Program-made: the position numbers and the translations under genes | Notes under the pieces: model-generated | What the model saw: the letters and a program-made list of their open reading frames with translations, nothing else | What the model was told of the DNA's origin: nothing | The model's database searches: none | Shown: one piece after another, positions 26,864-35,409 of the stretch | How the letters are laid out: every line of letters starts with the position of its first letter | Numbering within the stretch: the first letter of the stretch is position 1 | Assembly (NCBI GenBank): GCA_050692175.1 | Contig: JBOGTG010000034.1 | Span: 965-64,964, forward strand | Reading direction: 5' to 3' | From: Candidatus Limnocylindria bacterium | GTDB lineage: Bacteria; Chloroflexota; Limnocylindria; P2-11E | Length of the DNA stretch: 64,000 nucleotides

Positions 26864-28297
26864 ATGATGCGAGCCACGCCGCCCGCGGGGAGGAACGCCA
26901 CAACACAGGACGCCACTCGGTTGACGCTCGAGGCAGCCGCCGAGGGGATCCGCTCGCGCCGGCTCTCGCCCGTATCGCTGACCGAGTCCTGCCTCGCGCG
27001 CATCGAAGCGCTCGAGCCTCGCCTCAATGCGTTCGTCACGGTCACCGCCGAGCTCGCGCGCGAGCAAGCGCGTCAAGCCGAGCGCGAGATCGCCCGTGGC
27101 CGCTACAGAGGTCCGCTGCACGGCATACCCGTCGCGGTAAAGGACCTGTTCGCGACAAAGGGAATCCGCACCACCGCCGGCTCGCGGATCCTCGCGGACT
27201 GGATCCCCGATCTGGATGCGACCGTCGTCCGCAAGCTGCGCGACGCGGGAGCGGTGCTCCTTGGCAAGCTCGGCCTACATGAGTTCGCGTACGGGATCAG
27301 CTCGGTCAACCCTCACCACGGCGACGTCCGCAATCCCTGGGACACGACGAAGATCCCGGGCGGCTCGTCTGGCGGCTCCGCGGTGGCCGTCGTCGCCGGC
27401 GAGGCGTACGCGGCTCTCGGCAGCGACACCGGCGGAAGCATCCGGATTCCGGCCGCGCTCTGCGGATGCGTGGGCCTCAAGCCGACGTACGGGAGAGCGA
27501 GCCTCTTCGGGGCCGTTCCGCTTTCGTGGTCGCTCGACCATCCCGGCCCGCTGGCGCGCACGGTGCGCGATGTGGCTCTCACGACGATGGCGATCGCGGG
27601 GCACGACCCGCGCGACCCCGCCTCCGCTGACCGCCCGGTCCCAGACCTCCTCGGCGAGATCGATCAGGGAGCGCCGACGTTGCGCGTCGGTGTGCCGACC
27701 GATCACGTGTGGGACGAGTGCGATCCGGCGATCGCGGGCGCGGTCCGCGGCGCGATCGAAGCGCTCGCTCGCGCCGGCGCCGACGTGCGCGAGATCCGCT
27801 GGACTCACGCGGCGGAATACGCGAAGGCCGCGAGCGCGGTCCTCGGCGTTGAGGCTCGGGCGTACCACGAGGGCGCATTTCCGGGGCGGGCGGCGGAGTA
27901 CGGCCCGCTCGTCCGGTCACGCCTCGCGTCGCAGGGTGACATCGACGCGGAGACCTACGCGCGGTCGATGAAGCTCCTCGTCGAAGCGCGTGCAGGAGCG
28001 GCCGACCGCGACCTGGACTGCGTCGATGTCCTCGCGATGCCGACGGTGCCGACGCGCGCGTGGACGATCGAAGAGGCGAAGGACCCGAGACGCCCGAGCG
28101 AGTGGACGCGAATAACGCGGATCTTCGATCTCACCGGCCAGCCCGCGATCTCCGTACCGTGTGGCATGGACCCGGAGGGCCTACCGATCGGTCTGCAGTT
28201 CGCCGCACGGATGTGGGACGAGGCGGCCGCCCTACGCGCCGCGCGCGCGTATGAGGTCGTGCGCGGTCCGTTCCCGCTTCCGCCACTGGAGTCCTAG
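26864..28297 (+). CDS. Amidase (amidase-signature family, GatA-like)
   Basis: 477 aa. Contains GIPVAVKDLF and GGSSGGSAVAVVAG...GSDTGGSIRIPA. Confidence 0.9.
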   Translation: MMRATPPAGRNATTQDATRLTLEAAAEGIRSRRLSPVSLTESCLARIEALEPRLNAFVTVTAELAREQARQAEREIARGRYRGPLHGIPVAVKDLFATKGIRTTAGSRILADWIPDLDATVVRKLRDAGAVLLGKLGLHEFAYGISSVNPHHGDVRNPWDTTKIPGGSSGGSAVAVVAGEAYAALGSDTGGSIRIPAALCGCVGLKPTYGRASLFGAVPLSWSLDHPGPLARTVRDVALTTMAIAGHDPRDPASADRPVPDLLGEIDQGAPTLRVGVPTDHVWDECDPAIAGAVRGAIEALARAGADVREIRWTHAAEYAKAASAVLGVEARAYHEGAFPGRAAEYGPLVRSRLASQGDIDAETYARSMKLLVEARAGAADRDLDCVDVLAMPTVPTRAWTIEEAKDPRRPSEWTRITRIFDLTGQPAISVPCGMDPEGLPIGLQFAARMWDEAAALRAARAYEVVRGPFPLPPLES

Positions 28298-28464
28298 ACA
28301 GGCCACGGCCAGGAGCGCGAGCGCCGTGTCGATCGGCTCACCTGCGTCGAAGGACCCACGGACGAGAATGACGAGAAGCGCGACGATGCCCGCGATCAGC
28401 ACGAGACAGCCACAGCCGGTCACCAGCCGACGGTAACGCGTTCGCTAGGATCGCGCGGGGAGGT

Positions 28465-29034
28465 GTGCCGGTGACGCGTGATGAGGCCTGGGACCTTCTG
28501 TGCGAGCACACCAAATCGGAGAGCCTTCGCAAGCACGCCCTCGCGGTCGAGGCCGCGATGCGCCGGTTCGCCCGCCAGAACGGGGAGAACGAGGAGGCCT
28601 GGGCGATCACCGGGTTGCTCCACGACTTCGACTACGAGCGCGATCCGCAGGGGCATCCCCAGAACGGAAAACCGATCCTCGAGCAGGCTGGCGTACCAGG
28701 ACCCATCGTGCATGCGATCCAGAGCCACGGCGATCACACGGGCGTTCCGCGCGTGACGGCGATGGAGAAGACGCTCTACGCGGTCGACGAGCTCTGCGGA
28801 TTCGTGACCGCGGTCGCGCTCGTGAAGCCCTCGAAGGCGGTGCGCGACGTCGATGCGACGTCAGTGCGGAAGAAGATGAAGGACAAGGCTTTCGCGCGTG
28901 CCGTGAGCCGCGAGATGATGCTGAAAGGCGCCGAGGACATGGGCATGCCGTTCGACGACCTCATCGCCGAGGTCGTGCGCGCGATGGACGAGGCCGCCGA
29001 GCGCCTGGGCCTCGAAGGCACCACGACGACGTGA
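28465..29034 (+). CDS. HD-domain phosphohydrolase
   Basis: 189 aa with a GTG start preceded by GGGGAGG. Contains KHALAVE...LLHDFDY. Confidence 0.85.
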   Translation: MPVTRDEAWDLLCEHTKSESLRKHALAVEAAMRRFARQNGENEEAWAITGLLHDFDYERDPQGHPQNGKPILEQAGVPGPIVHAIQSHGDHTGVPRVTAMEKTLYAVDELCGFVTAVALVKPSKAVRDVDATSVRKKMKDKAFARAVSREMMLKGAEDMGMPFDDLIAEVVRAMDEAAERLGLEGTTTT

Positions 29035-29303
29035 CCGGCGAGCCGTGCGGCTGCGGCCGCACGCGTCGGCGTGCCGAGGATCGTTCGCGCGCGGCGTATG
29101 TGCGTGTTCACGCTCGCCTCGGTGATCCCAAGGAGGCTTGCGATCTCCTTGGTCGAAAGGCCGCCAGCGACGGCGCGTAGGACCTCGCGCTGACGATCGG
29201 TCAGCGCGGCAACTGACGGAGCGCGCCGCGCGACGACACTCCGAGCTAGGAGATAACCAGCGAGTAGTCCGACCAGGACGGAAGTCGCGCGCTCCACCAA
29301 CAA
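28776..29303 (-). CDS. LuxR/GerE-type HTH protein with an N-terminal hydrophobic segment (3' end uncertain)
   Basis: LTDRQREVLRAVAGGLSTKEIASLLGITEASVNTHIRRART. The ORF has no stop until 28776, so its last roughly 85 codons run antisense through the HD gene. Confidence 0.6.
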   Translation of the reverse strand: MLVERATSVLVGLLAGYLLARSVVARRAPSVAALTDRQREVLRAVAGGLSTKEIASLLGITEASVNTHIRRARTILGTPTRAAAAARLAGHVVVVPSRPRRSAASSIARTTSAMRSSNGMPMSSAPFSIISRLTARAKALSFIFFRTDVASTSRTAFEGFTSATAVTNPQSSSTA

Positions 29304-29331
29304 GGTGAGCGGCCGGGACTTGCGGTCGGGG

Positions 29332-29589
29332 TCAGCTCGCTCGCTTTAGCGTGCGACGCTCGGTGGCGCGGACGACCTCGTGCTCGAAACGCTCGAGGAA
29401 CAGCTGCCCGCCGCAGCGGGGACAGAGCGGCTGATCGCCCTCGTTCCAGACGGGCGCCTCGCGACCGCGAACGTTGTCGTAGGCGGTGCGAAGCTGCTCG
29501 ACGGTCGGCCGGCGCGCGCTCGTGGGCACGAGCACCTCGCCCAGGCCGTGGCCGCAGAAATAGCAATAGAGCTCAGCTCGAAGGGCCAT
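29332..29589 (-). CDS. Hypothetical zinc-ribbon protein
   Basis: 85 aa from MALRAELYCYFCGHG...CPRCGG. GGAGG lies 10 nt upstream of the ATG. Confidence 0.55.
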   Translation of the reverse strand: MALRAELYCYFCGHGLGEVLVPTSARRPTVEQLRTAYDNVRGREAPVWNEGDQPLCPRCGGQLFLERFEHEVVRATERRTLKRAS

Positions 29590-29700
29590 TAATCGCGAAC
29601 CTCCACGCGGAAACGACAAAGACCGATCCTTTGTTCCATATACGTTCGATCGGCCGATCCGGTTTCCGTATCCCTAGATACGCTCCGGCGGGCGTGGAGG
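29590..29700 (-). promoter_or_regulatory. Structured 5' leader that can sequester the Shine-Dalgarno sequence of the zinc-ribbon gene
   Basis: On the mRNA strand, CCUCCACGC (29700..29692) can pair with GCGUGGAGG (29608..29600), which contains the SD. Nested helices are CGUAUC/GAUACG, CGGAAAC/GUUUCCG and ACAAAG/CUUUGU, plus the palindrome GATCGGCCGATC. Confidence 0.35.
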
Positions 29701-29731
29701 TTTTAGTTTTCGGCGGTTTCTTAGAGGGTCC

Positions 29732-30130
29732 TTAGCTGGCTTCGCCCTGCAGCGCGACGAGCGGACTGGCGGCCTCGCGCAGGTAGGTCAGCTCTCGGAT
29801 GACACCGCGAGGAATGATGTGGAAGTCGTTGTGCCGGTAGTCGCGGCCCTCGTTGGTGATGTCGTAGTCCCCGACGACGACGACGTAGTCGGGGGTCTCC
29901 TTCCACAGAAGACCGCAGGTGAGCTTTCGCAGACGGTACGGTTCGAAGTCCTCGGGGAGCGCGGTCCGCGAGTAGGCGGTGATGTCCTCCCACTCGACGG
30001 CCACCAGCGGCGCCGCGACCTGGTCCACAGCCCTTCCCTCTACGACCTTGCGGGTCGTTCGCTTCTCGGTACAAACGGGCCCCGGAACGGGGCCTCCGCG
30101 TACAGGCTGGGACGATATAGAGCGGCTCAT
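29732..30130 (-). CDS. Hypothetical protein
   Basis: 132 aa from MSRSISSQ. No motif was recognised. Coding-like codon usage. Confidence 0.5.
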   Translation of the reverse strand: MSRSISSQPVRGGPVPGPVCTEKRTTRKVVEGRAVDQVAAPLVAVEWEDITAYSRTALPEDFEPYRLRKLTCGLLWKETPDYVVVVGDYDITNEGRDYRHNDFHIIPRGVIRELTYLREAASPLVALQGEAS

Positions 30131-30240
30131 GCGTGTCAATGGAAAACGGGGGTGGATAGCGATCGGAATCGGATCATGCGCGCCCAAAGTCGGCCGCACC
30201 TCGGTTCCTCGCCCGCTCACCGTCCCGTCGACGAAGGTCG

Positions 30241-30579
30241 TTATGTCGCCTGCCTGCCTCTTGCGATGAGCTCGGCGACTTTCTGTCCGCCCTTCTTGCC
30301 GATCTCCTCGAAGTGCTCGTGTCCGTACTTCTCCGAAACGGTGTCGCCACCGATCTTTCCGATGCGCCCGTAGAAGCGCGGACCATACAGCTCCTTCACC
30401 TTCTGGCCGCCCTGCTTTCCGATCTGCTCGTAGAAGTCGGAGCCGTGGCGCTGCGCGGTCGTCTTGCCGCCCTTCTTGCCGATCTGCTCGTAGAACTCCG
30501 GGCCGTGGCGCTGCGCCGTCGTGGCCCCTCCTCGGCGACCTGCTTCGGCGACCGTCATCGCTCCCTTGTTCCGCGTCAT
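30241..30579 (-). CDS. KGG-repeat general stress protein (GsiB-like)
   Basis: 112 aa. Repeated units such as GGxTTAQRHGxxFYEQIGKKGG and HFEEIGKKGGQK, and corresponding tandem repeats of about 60 nt in the DNA. Confidence 0.8.
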   Translation of the reverse strand: MTRNKGAMTVAEAGRRGGATTAQRHGPEFYEQIGKKGGKTTAQRHGSDFYEQIGKQGGQKVKELYGPRFYGRIGKIGGDTVSEKYGHEHFEEIGKKGGQKVAELIARGRQAT

Positions 30580-30643
30580 CGAATCACCCTTTCTCGCCCA
30601 TCGAAGTTGGCCGTGTGCTCGCCGGGCTAGATGCCAAGTGGGG

Positions 30644-30660
30644 CAGCAAGACGTGTGCCA
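30644..30660 (-). promoter_or_regulatory. Sigma-54-type -24/-12 promoter-like element upstream of the KGG gene
   Basis: The minus strand reads TGGCACACGTCTTGCTG, which fits TGGCAC-N5-TTGC with correct GG/GC spacing. It lies about 65 nt upstream of ATG 30579 in the rlpA-KGG spacer. Confidence 0.25.
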
Positions 30661-30714
30661 GCGCTCGCCAGCCCGGTGAGTACCCGGGCGGTTAGGCGGA
30701 CGGTCGGAGGACAC

Positions 30715-31347
30715 TCACGGACCGATCCGCATGGAAACCGTGCAGAGGTCCGTGCAGGCCATCGCGATTTTCGTCGCGTTCGATAGATCGAGCGTGCGTC
30801 CCGCGATGTAAGGCCCTCGATCGATGACCGGGACGGTCATCGTCCGTCCCCGAAACTCGATCACCACCAGAGTGCCGCAGGGCAGCGTGCGGTGGGCGAC
30901 GCCAATGATCTCGGGCGTGTAGACCTGACCGCAGGCGGTCCGATTCCCGTAGAAGCCTGGCCCGTACCACGAGGCGATGACGATCCCTGTTATCGGCGGA
31001 TCGGGCAGCTGCGGAAGCGTGAAGACGGCGGGAGCGGGCGTTCCCGCCGGTGTGGGTTCGGGTGTCGGCTCGGGTGTCGCGACCGGCACCTCCTCGACCG
31101 GAGCCACCGGGGTTGCCACCACGCCGAGCACGACTTCGGCGCGCGCCACGTCGCGGACGCGCCCGGCCGCCGCCGTCGGCTGGACCGCCGCGGTCGCGAA
31201 GGGACGCGCAACCGATATTGAGCGCACCTCACTCGGGAAGGCCAGAGCGAGGAACGGAACGAGCCAAGCGAACAGGAATGCGAAGACCGCTGCCCGCCCC
31301 AGCGCCCCCCGAAACATGAGCGCGACGCTTTGCAGGACGGATTCCAC
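30715..31347 (-). CDS. RlpA-like double-psi beta-barrel (DPBB) lytic transglycosylase-family protein
   Basis: 210 aa. N-terminal transmembrane segment, Pro/Thr-rich linker, then ASWYGPGFYGNRTACGQVY...HRTLPCGT...VPVIDRGPY. Confidence 0.8.
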   Translation of the reverse strand: MESVLQSVALMFRGALGRAAVFAFLFAWLVPFLALAFPSEVRSISVARPFATAAVQPTAAAGRVRDVARAEVVLGVVATPVAPVEEVPVATPEPTPEPTPAGTPAPAVFTLPQLPDPPITGIVIASWYGPGFYGNRTACGQVYTPEIIGVAHRTLPCGTLVVIEFRGRTMTVPVIDRGPYIAGRTLDLSNATKIAMACTDLCTVSMRIGP

Positions 31348-31462
31348 AATGTGTCGATTTCGTAAGCACGCGGGGCGGCATCAGACAGTGCGTGCGTGGC
31401 GTCGGTCGCTCGGTCGCTCCAACTTTCTCGCCGTGCGAGATGGCGACCACCAGGGACGAGCG

Positions 31463-32071
31463 CTATGCAGGCGCGGCTATCACCACGAAGCGCGGATCCC
31501 CCCGGTTCGGTCCGGTCGAGGTCTGTAGGGTCAGCCGCTCGTCACCCGCCGGCTGGAGCCAGCTTGTCTCCTCCGGCGGAACTCGGGGGTGGACCTCGGT
31601 GATCACAAATTTGAGTTCACCGCCGGCGGGCGTCGTGATCGTGACCTCATCGCCGACCTGCGCGTACCAGAGCCTGATGAACATTCCCTGGCGGGCGTGG
31701 GCGTAGATGTAGCTGTTCCCGAAGGTTCCCGGGATCGCCGTGCCCGGGAAATGAAAGGCAAAGTCCTCGGGGGTCTTCTGGATGACGACGTCGCGCTGAA
31801 TGTCTCCCTCCGCGATCGGGAGGTCGATCCCAAGACGCGGGAGCTTGACGCGATAGCCGGCAGGGATCGGTCCGATCGTCGGGACCGGCGAGACCGCGGA
31901 CGCGGTCGGCAAGTCGGTAGACGCGCCCGGCGTCGGGGTCGGGGCGACAGGCGCGCTTGCCAACGCGATCGGGGCGACGGAGCCGGCGCGCTGCAGACCG
32001 CCGCTCGCGAGGAGAGCGACCCCAACCGCGAGGAGGAGGGCGCCGGCGAGCACGGTGAAGGAACGAGCCAT
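31463..32071 (-). CDS. Sortase-fold protein with Ser at the canonical catalytic Cys position
   Basis: 202 aa. Transmembrane anchor, LPRLGIDLPI, His in YIYAHARQG, LTLQTS in place of the sortase TLxTC motif (Ser185 codon TCG at 31517..31519), and the downstream Arg in DPRFVV. Confidence 0.75.
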   Translation of the reverse strand: MARSFTVLAGALLLAVGVALLASGGLQRAGSVAPIALASAPVAPTPTPGASTDLPTASAVSPVPTIGPIPAGYRVKLPRLGIDLPIAEGDIQRDVVIQKTPEDFAFHFPGTAIPGTFGNSYIYAHARQGMFIRLWYAQVGDEVTITTPAGGELKFVITEVHPRVPPEETSWLQPAGDERLTLQTSTGPNRGDPRFVVIAAPA

Positions 32072-33203
32072 GCGGCTATTCTCGGATGCAGGACGAATGC
32101 CGAGCGAACGAGCGAGCTTCGCTGATCGGCGGACCCGCGCGGCGGCGAAGCTGCGCGAGCGGGACCTGGCCGCGCTTCTCGTGTCGCCGGGTGCCGATCT
32201 CCTCTACCTCTCGGGTTACCAGCTCTTCACCAGCGAGCGGCTTACCTGTCTCGTTGTGGACCGTGACGAGAAAGCGACGATCGTCTGCCCCGAGCTCGAG
32301 GCTCCGCGAGCCGCAGCCGCCGCTCCTGACGTCGCGCGTGCGACCTGGGGAGAGACCGACGATCCGTACGTGCTCGTCGCGTCGCTCGTTCGCGCACCGG
32401 GCAGCATCGCCGTCGGCGATCAGATGTGGGCAGCCTTCGTTCTCGCTTTGGAAGAGGCACTGCCGCGACGGCGTTTCCACGTCGCCTCGGAGATCACGCG
32501 GGGCTTAAGGATGCGGAAGGATCCCGCCGAGGTGGACGCGCTCCGCCTGGTTGCCGAAGCCGCCGATCGGGCATACGCGCGAATACTCGAGCGCCCGTTC
32601 GCCGGTCGGACGGAGCGCGAGATCGGCGCGAACCTGGCCGAGCTCCTTCGCGCGGAAGGCCACGAAGAGGTCGGGTTCACAATCGTCGCGTCGGGCAAGA
32701 ACGGAGCGTCGCCCCACCACGAGACCGGCGATCGCCGCATCGCCGATGGCGATACGGTCGTTCTCGACTTCGGCGGCGCCATGCGCGGTTATCGCTCCGA
32801 CATCACGCGCACGGTGCACGTTGGCCACAACGCCGGCGCCGAAGAGCAAAAGGTCCACGACATCGTGCGGCGCGCTCAGGAAGCGGGCTATGCGGCCGCG
32901 CGGAAAGGAGCATCCGCCGAGTCTGTCGACGCTGCGTCCCGCCGCGTGATCGACGATGCTGGCTACGGCGGGTTCTTCATCCATCGCACCGGTCACGGAA
33001 TTGGCCTAGACGGCCACGAGCATCCTTATCTCGTGCGCGGAAATCGCGAGACCCTGGAGCCGGGGATGGCCTTCTCCATCGAGCCGGGTATCTATCTGCC
33101 TGGCCGATTCGGCGTGCGTATCGAGGACATCGCGGTCATCGACGCCGACGGCACGGCACGGCCGCTCAACCGCGCGGACCAGTCCTTCGCGACCGTGGCC
33201 TGA
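32070..33203 (+). CDS. M24-family Xaa-Pro aminopeptidase/dipeptidase
   Basis: 377 aa from ATG 32070. Contains DFGGAMRGYRSDITRT, HRTGHGIGLDGHE and SIEPGIY. Confidence 0.88.
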   Translation: MRLFSDAGRMPSERASFADRRTRAAAKLRERDLAALLVSPGADLLYLSGYQLFTSERLTCLVVDRDEKATIVCPELEAPRAAAAAPDVARATWGETDDPYVLVASLVRAPGSIAVGDQMWAAFVLALEEALPRRRFHVASEITRGLRMRKDPAEVDALRLVAEAADRAYARILERPFAGRTEREIGANLAELLRAEGHEEVGFTIVASGKNGASPHHETGDRRIADGDTVVLDFGGAMRGYRSDITRTVHVGHNAGAEEQKVHDIVRRAQEAGYAAARKGASAESVDAASRRVIDDAGYGGFFIHRTGHGIGLDGHEHPYLVRGNRETLEPGMAFSIEPGIYLPGRFGVRIEDIAVIDADGTARPLNRADQSFATVA

Positions 33204-33206
33204 GTC

Positions 33207-33566
33207 GTGCGTTTCGCCGTCGCCGTGCTCGGCGCCGGGATCGTGCAGTTTTTCCCGTACCTCCGCCTCGATCAGTGGATCGGCCCGGGCGCGGTGCTCG
33301 CTATCGCGTACATCGAGTTCGCCGCTTTCGGCGCCGGGTTCTTCGCTGGCAGCCGCGCTTGGCTTGCCGGCGCGCTCTCTGTGCTCCTGGGCGCCTTCCT
33401 CTATGTGATCGTCGCGGCGCTGGTCGAGCCCGGGAGTGACCTCGGCGGATTTGTCTTGTTCTTGATGCGGATTCCGATCGCGGTGTTTCCCTTCATCCTT
33501 CTCGGCGCGCTCGCTGGCGGCCTCGGCGGTGCAGTCCGGACGCGCGCGCTCGGGGCGAGACGGTGA
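33207..33566 (+). CDS. Hypothetical membrane protein
   Basis: 119 aa with four hydrophobic helices. Confidence 0.5.
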   Translation: MRFAVAVLGAGIVQFFPYLRLDQWIGPGAVLAIAYIEFAAFGAGFFAGSRAWLAGALSVLLGAFLYVIVAALVEPGSDLGGFVLFLMRIPIAVFPFILLGALAGGLGGAVRTRALGARR

Positions 33567-33964
33567 GCTGGCTGCGCGTGTTCGCGTCAGTCGTCGCGAG
33601 CGCGATCGGACTGGCCTTCTGGTGGGCCCTGACCGAGCCACTCCCCGTCCCGCCGGTGATCCTGCTTGGCGTGGCGGGGGCGATCCTGTTCTGTGCCGGA
33701 GTCATTGCCGGGAACGGCGGCGCCATCGCTGCGCCGGTCGCGTTCCTGTTCTCGCTCTTCGTCGGAAGCATCATCGCGACGCAGCTTCATCAGGCATTCC
33801 GCCCTCAGAGCGCGCCGGTCGAGGAGTTCAACGGACTGATCTCGCTCCACTTTCCCGAGGTGCTGACGCCCCTCGCCGTCGCGATCGTGATCGGCGCCGT
33901 GGCGGGGTGGCTGGGCGAGAGGTTGCTGCCGTCACGGACGAGGGTCGACCCGCCGCGGCGCTAG
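33563..33964 (+). CDS. Hypothetical membrane protein
   Basis: 133 aa, hydrophobic. Its start overlaps the upstream stop (GTGA). Confidence 0.5.
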   Translation: MSWLRVFASVVASAIGLAFWWALTEPLPVPPVILLGVAGAILFCAGVIAGNGGAIAAPVAFLFSLFVGSIIATQLHQAFRPQSAPVEEFNGLISLHFPEVLTPLAVAIVIGAVAGWLGERLLPSRTRVDPPRR

Positions 33965-35409
33965 CGGACGAGCGGCTGCGCGGCGGCGAGAGCCCATTCG
34001 TATATCGAATTCGGGAGTATCCCGAACAGGACTACGGCGAACGACGCGATGCCAAGACTGACCGAGAGCGTGCGCTCGGAGACAAGGCCCGGCAGCTTCT
34101 CCTCGACGTCGTACATGTACATATGGACGACGACCCGCAGGTAGTAGAAGGCGGCAAGCACGGCGTTCAGCGCAATGACGACCGCGAGCCAAGCGAGGCC
34201 CGCGTCGAGAACGGGCTGGATCACCACGAACTTGGCGACGAAGCCGATGGTCGGCGGGATCCCGGTGAGCGAGATGAGAAAGATCGCGAACGCGAGCGCA
34301 CCGAACGGCTGCCTGCGTCCGAACCCATTCAGCTCCGCGAGCGACGCACCGCGCGTGCCCTCGAGGTCGAAGTACAGGAGGCATGCGAAGGCGCCGAGAT
34401 TCATGACCCCGTACGCGAACAGGTAGAAGAGCACCGCCGCGGTGGCACTGGGCCCTGCGCTTGCCGCGGCGACCGCCGCGAGGATGTAGCCGGTGTGGGC
34501 GATGCTCGAGTAGGCGAGCATCCGCTTCGTATTCGTCTGCGCCAGCGCGACGATGTTCCCACCGGTCATCGTGGCCGTCGCGAGGATCGCGAGGACGGCG
34601 CTCCAGTCGACGCTGAGCGGACCAAGCGCTCCGATGAGGACGCGAAGGATCGCTGCGAACGCGGCGGCTTTCGGGGCGACCGACATGAACGCCGTCGCGG
34701 GAGTTGCCGCGCCGTCGTAGGCATCAGGCGTCCACTGATGGAAGGGGACTATCGCCGCCTTGAAGCCGAGACCGACCGTGATGAGGGCGAGCGCGACGAT
34801 GGTCGGACCGTTCGCGATGCCCTGCGCGGCGAGGAAGTTCGCGATCGTGACGAAGTCGGTGGCCTTCGTGACTCCATACAGCCATGCGAGTCCGTACAGG
34901 AGCAGCGCCGAGCTGAACGCGCCGAGGAGGAAGTACTTGAGGGCAGCCTCGTTTGCGAAGCGATCGGTGCGCTGGATCCCCGCGAGGACGTATATCGGGA
35001 TGGTCATGGTCTCGAGCCCGATGAAGAGCGTGATGAGGTCGGCCGAGAGCGCGATGGTCATCGCGCCGACGGTCGAGAAGCAGATGACCGCGTAGTACTC
35101 GCCCGCGGGGACGCCGCGACGCGTCAGGTACGCGGGCGACACGGCTGCCGCGAAGATCGCGAGAATGATGAAGACGGCGCGGAAGAATGATGTGAACGCG
35201 TCGATCGTCACGAACCCGCGGAAGTACTGGGCTGCCGGGACCACGTTGAAGACCGACGCGAGCGCCACGACGAGCCCGGCGATCGTGATGATTGGCAGCG
35301 CGAGCGCCGCTCGACGGCGGTCGAGGAGCGCGTCGGCGACCAGCACGATCAGGGCGACCGCGGTCACGATGATCTCGGGATAGACAGCGACGAGATCGGC
35401 TTCAGTCAC
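33961..35409 (-). CDS. nuoN: NADH-quinone oxidoreductase subunit N
   Basis: 482 aa polytopic antiporter-like subunit. It is last in the nuo order and overlaps nuoM by 4 nt. Confidence 0.9.
   Translation of the reverse strand: MTEADLVAVYPEIIVTAVALIVLVADALLDRRRAALALPIITIAGLVVALASVFNVVPAAQYFRGFVTIDAFTSFFRAVFIILAIFAAAVSPAYLTRRGVPAGEYYAVICFSTVGAMTIALSADLITLFIGLETMTIPIYVLAGIQRTDRFANEAALKYFLLGAFSSALLLYGLAWLYGVTKATDFVTIANFLAAQGIANGPTIVALALITVGLGFKAAIVPFHQWTPDAYDGAATPATAFMSVAPKAAAFAAILRVLIGALGPLSVDWSAVLAILATATMTGGNIVALAQTNTKRMLAYSSIAHTGYILAAVAAASAGPSATAAVLFYLFAYGVMNLGAFACLLYFDLEGTRGASLAELNGFGRRQPFGALAFAIFLISLTGIPPTIGFVAKFVVIQPVLDAGLAWLAVVIALNAVLAAFYYLRVVVHMYMYDVEEKLPGLVSERTLSVSLGIASFAVVLFGILPNSIYEWALAAAQPLVR

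Noticed and set aside
28232-28423. 63-aa minus-strand ORF (two hydrophobic helices) in the amidase/HD spacer.
   Set aside because: Codon usage is plausible. However, there is no ribosome-binding site, and its last 22 codons overlap the amidase 3' end with poor codons. The evidence is insufficient to call it a gene.
30241-30579. Regularly spaced DNA repeats of about 60 nt, which could be mistaken for a repeat array.
   Set aside because: They lie in frame inside a gene and encode the KGG stress-protein repeat. There are no unique spacers and no CRISPR-like architecture.
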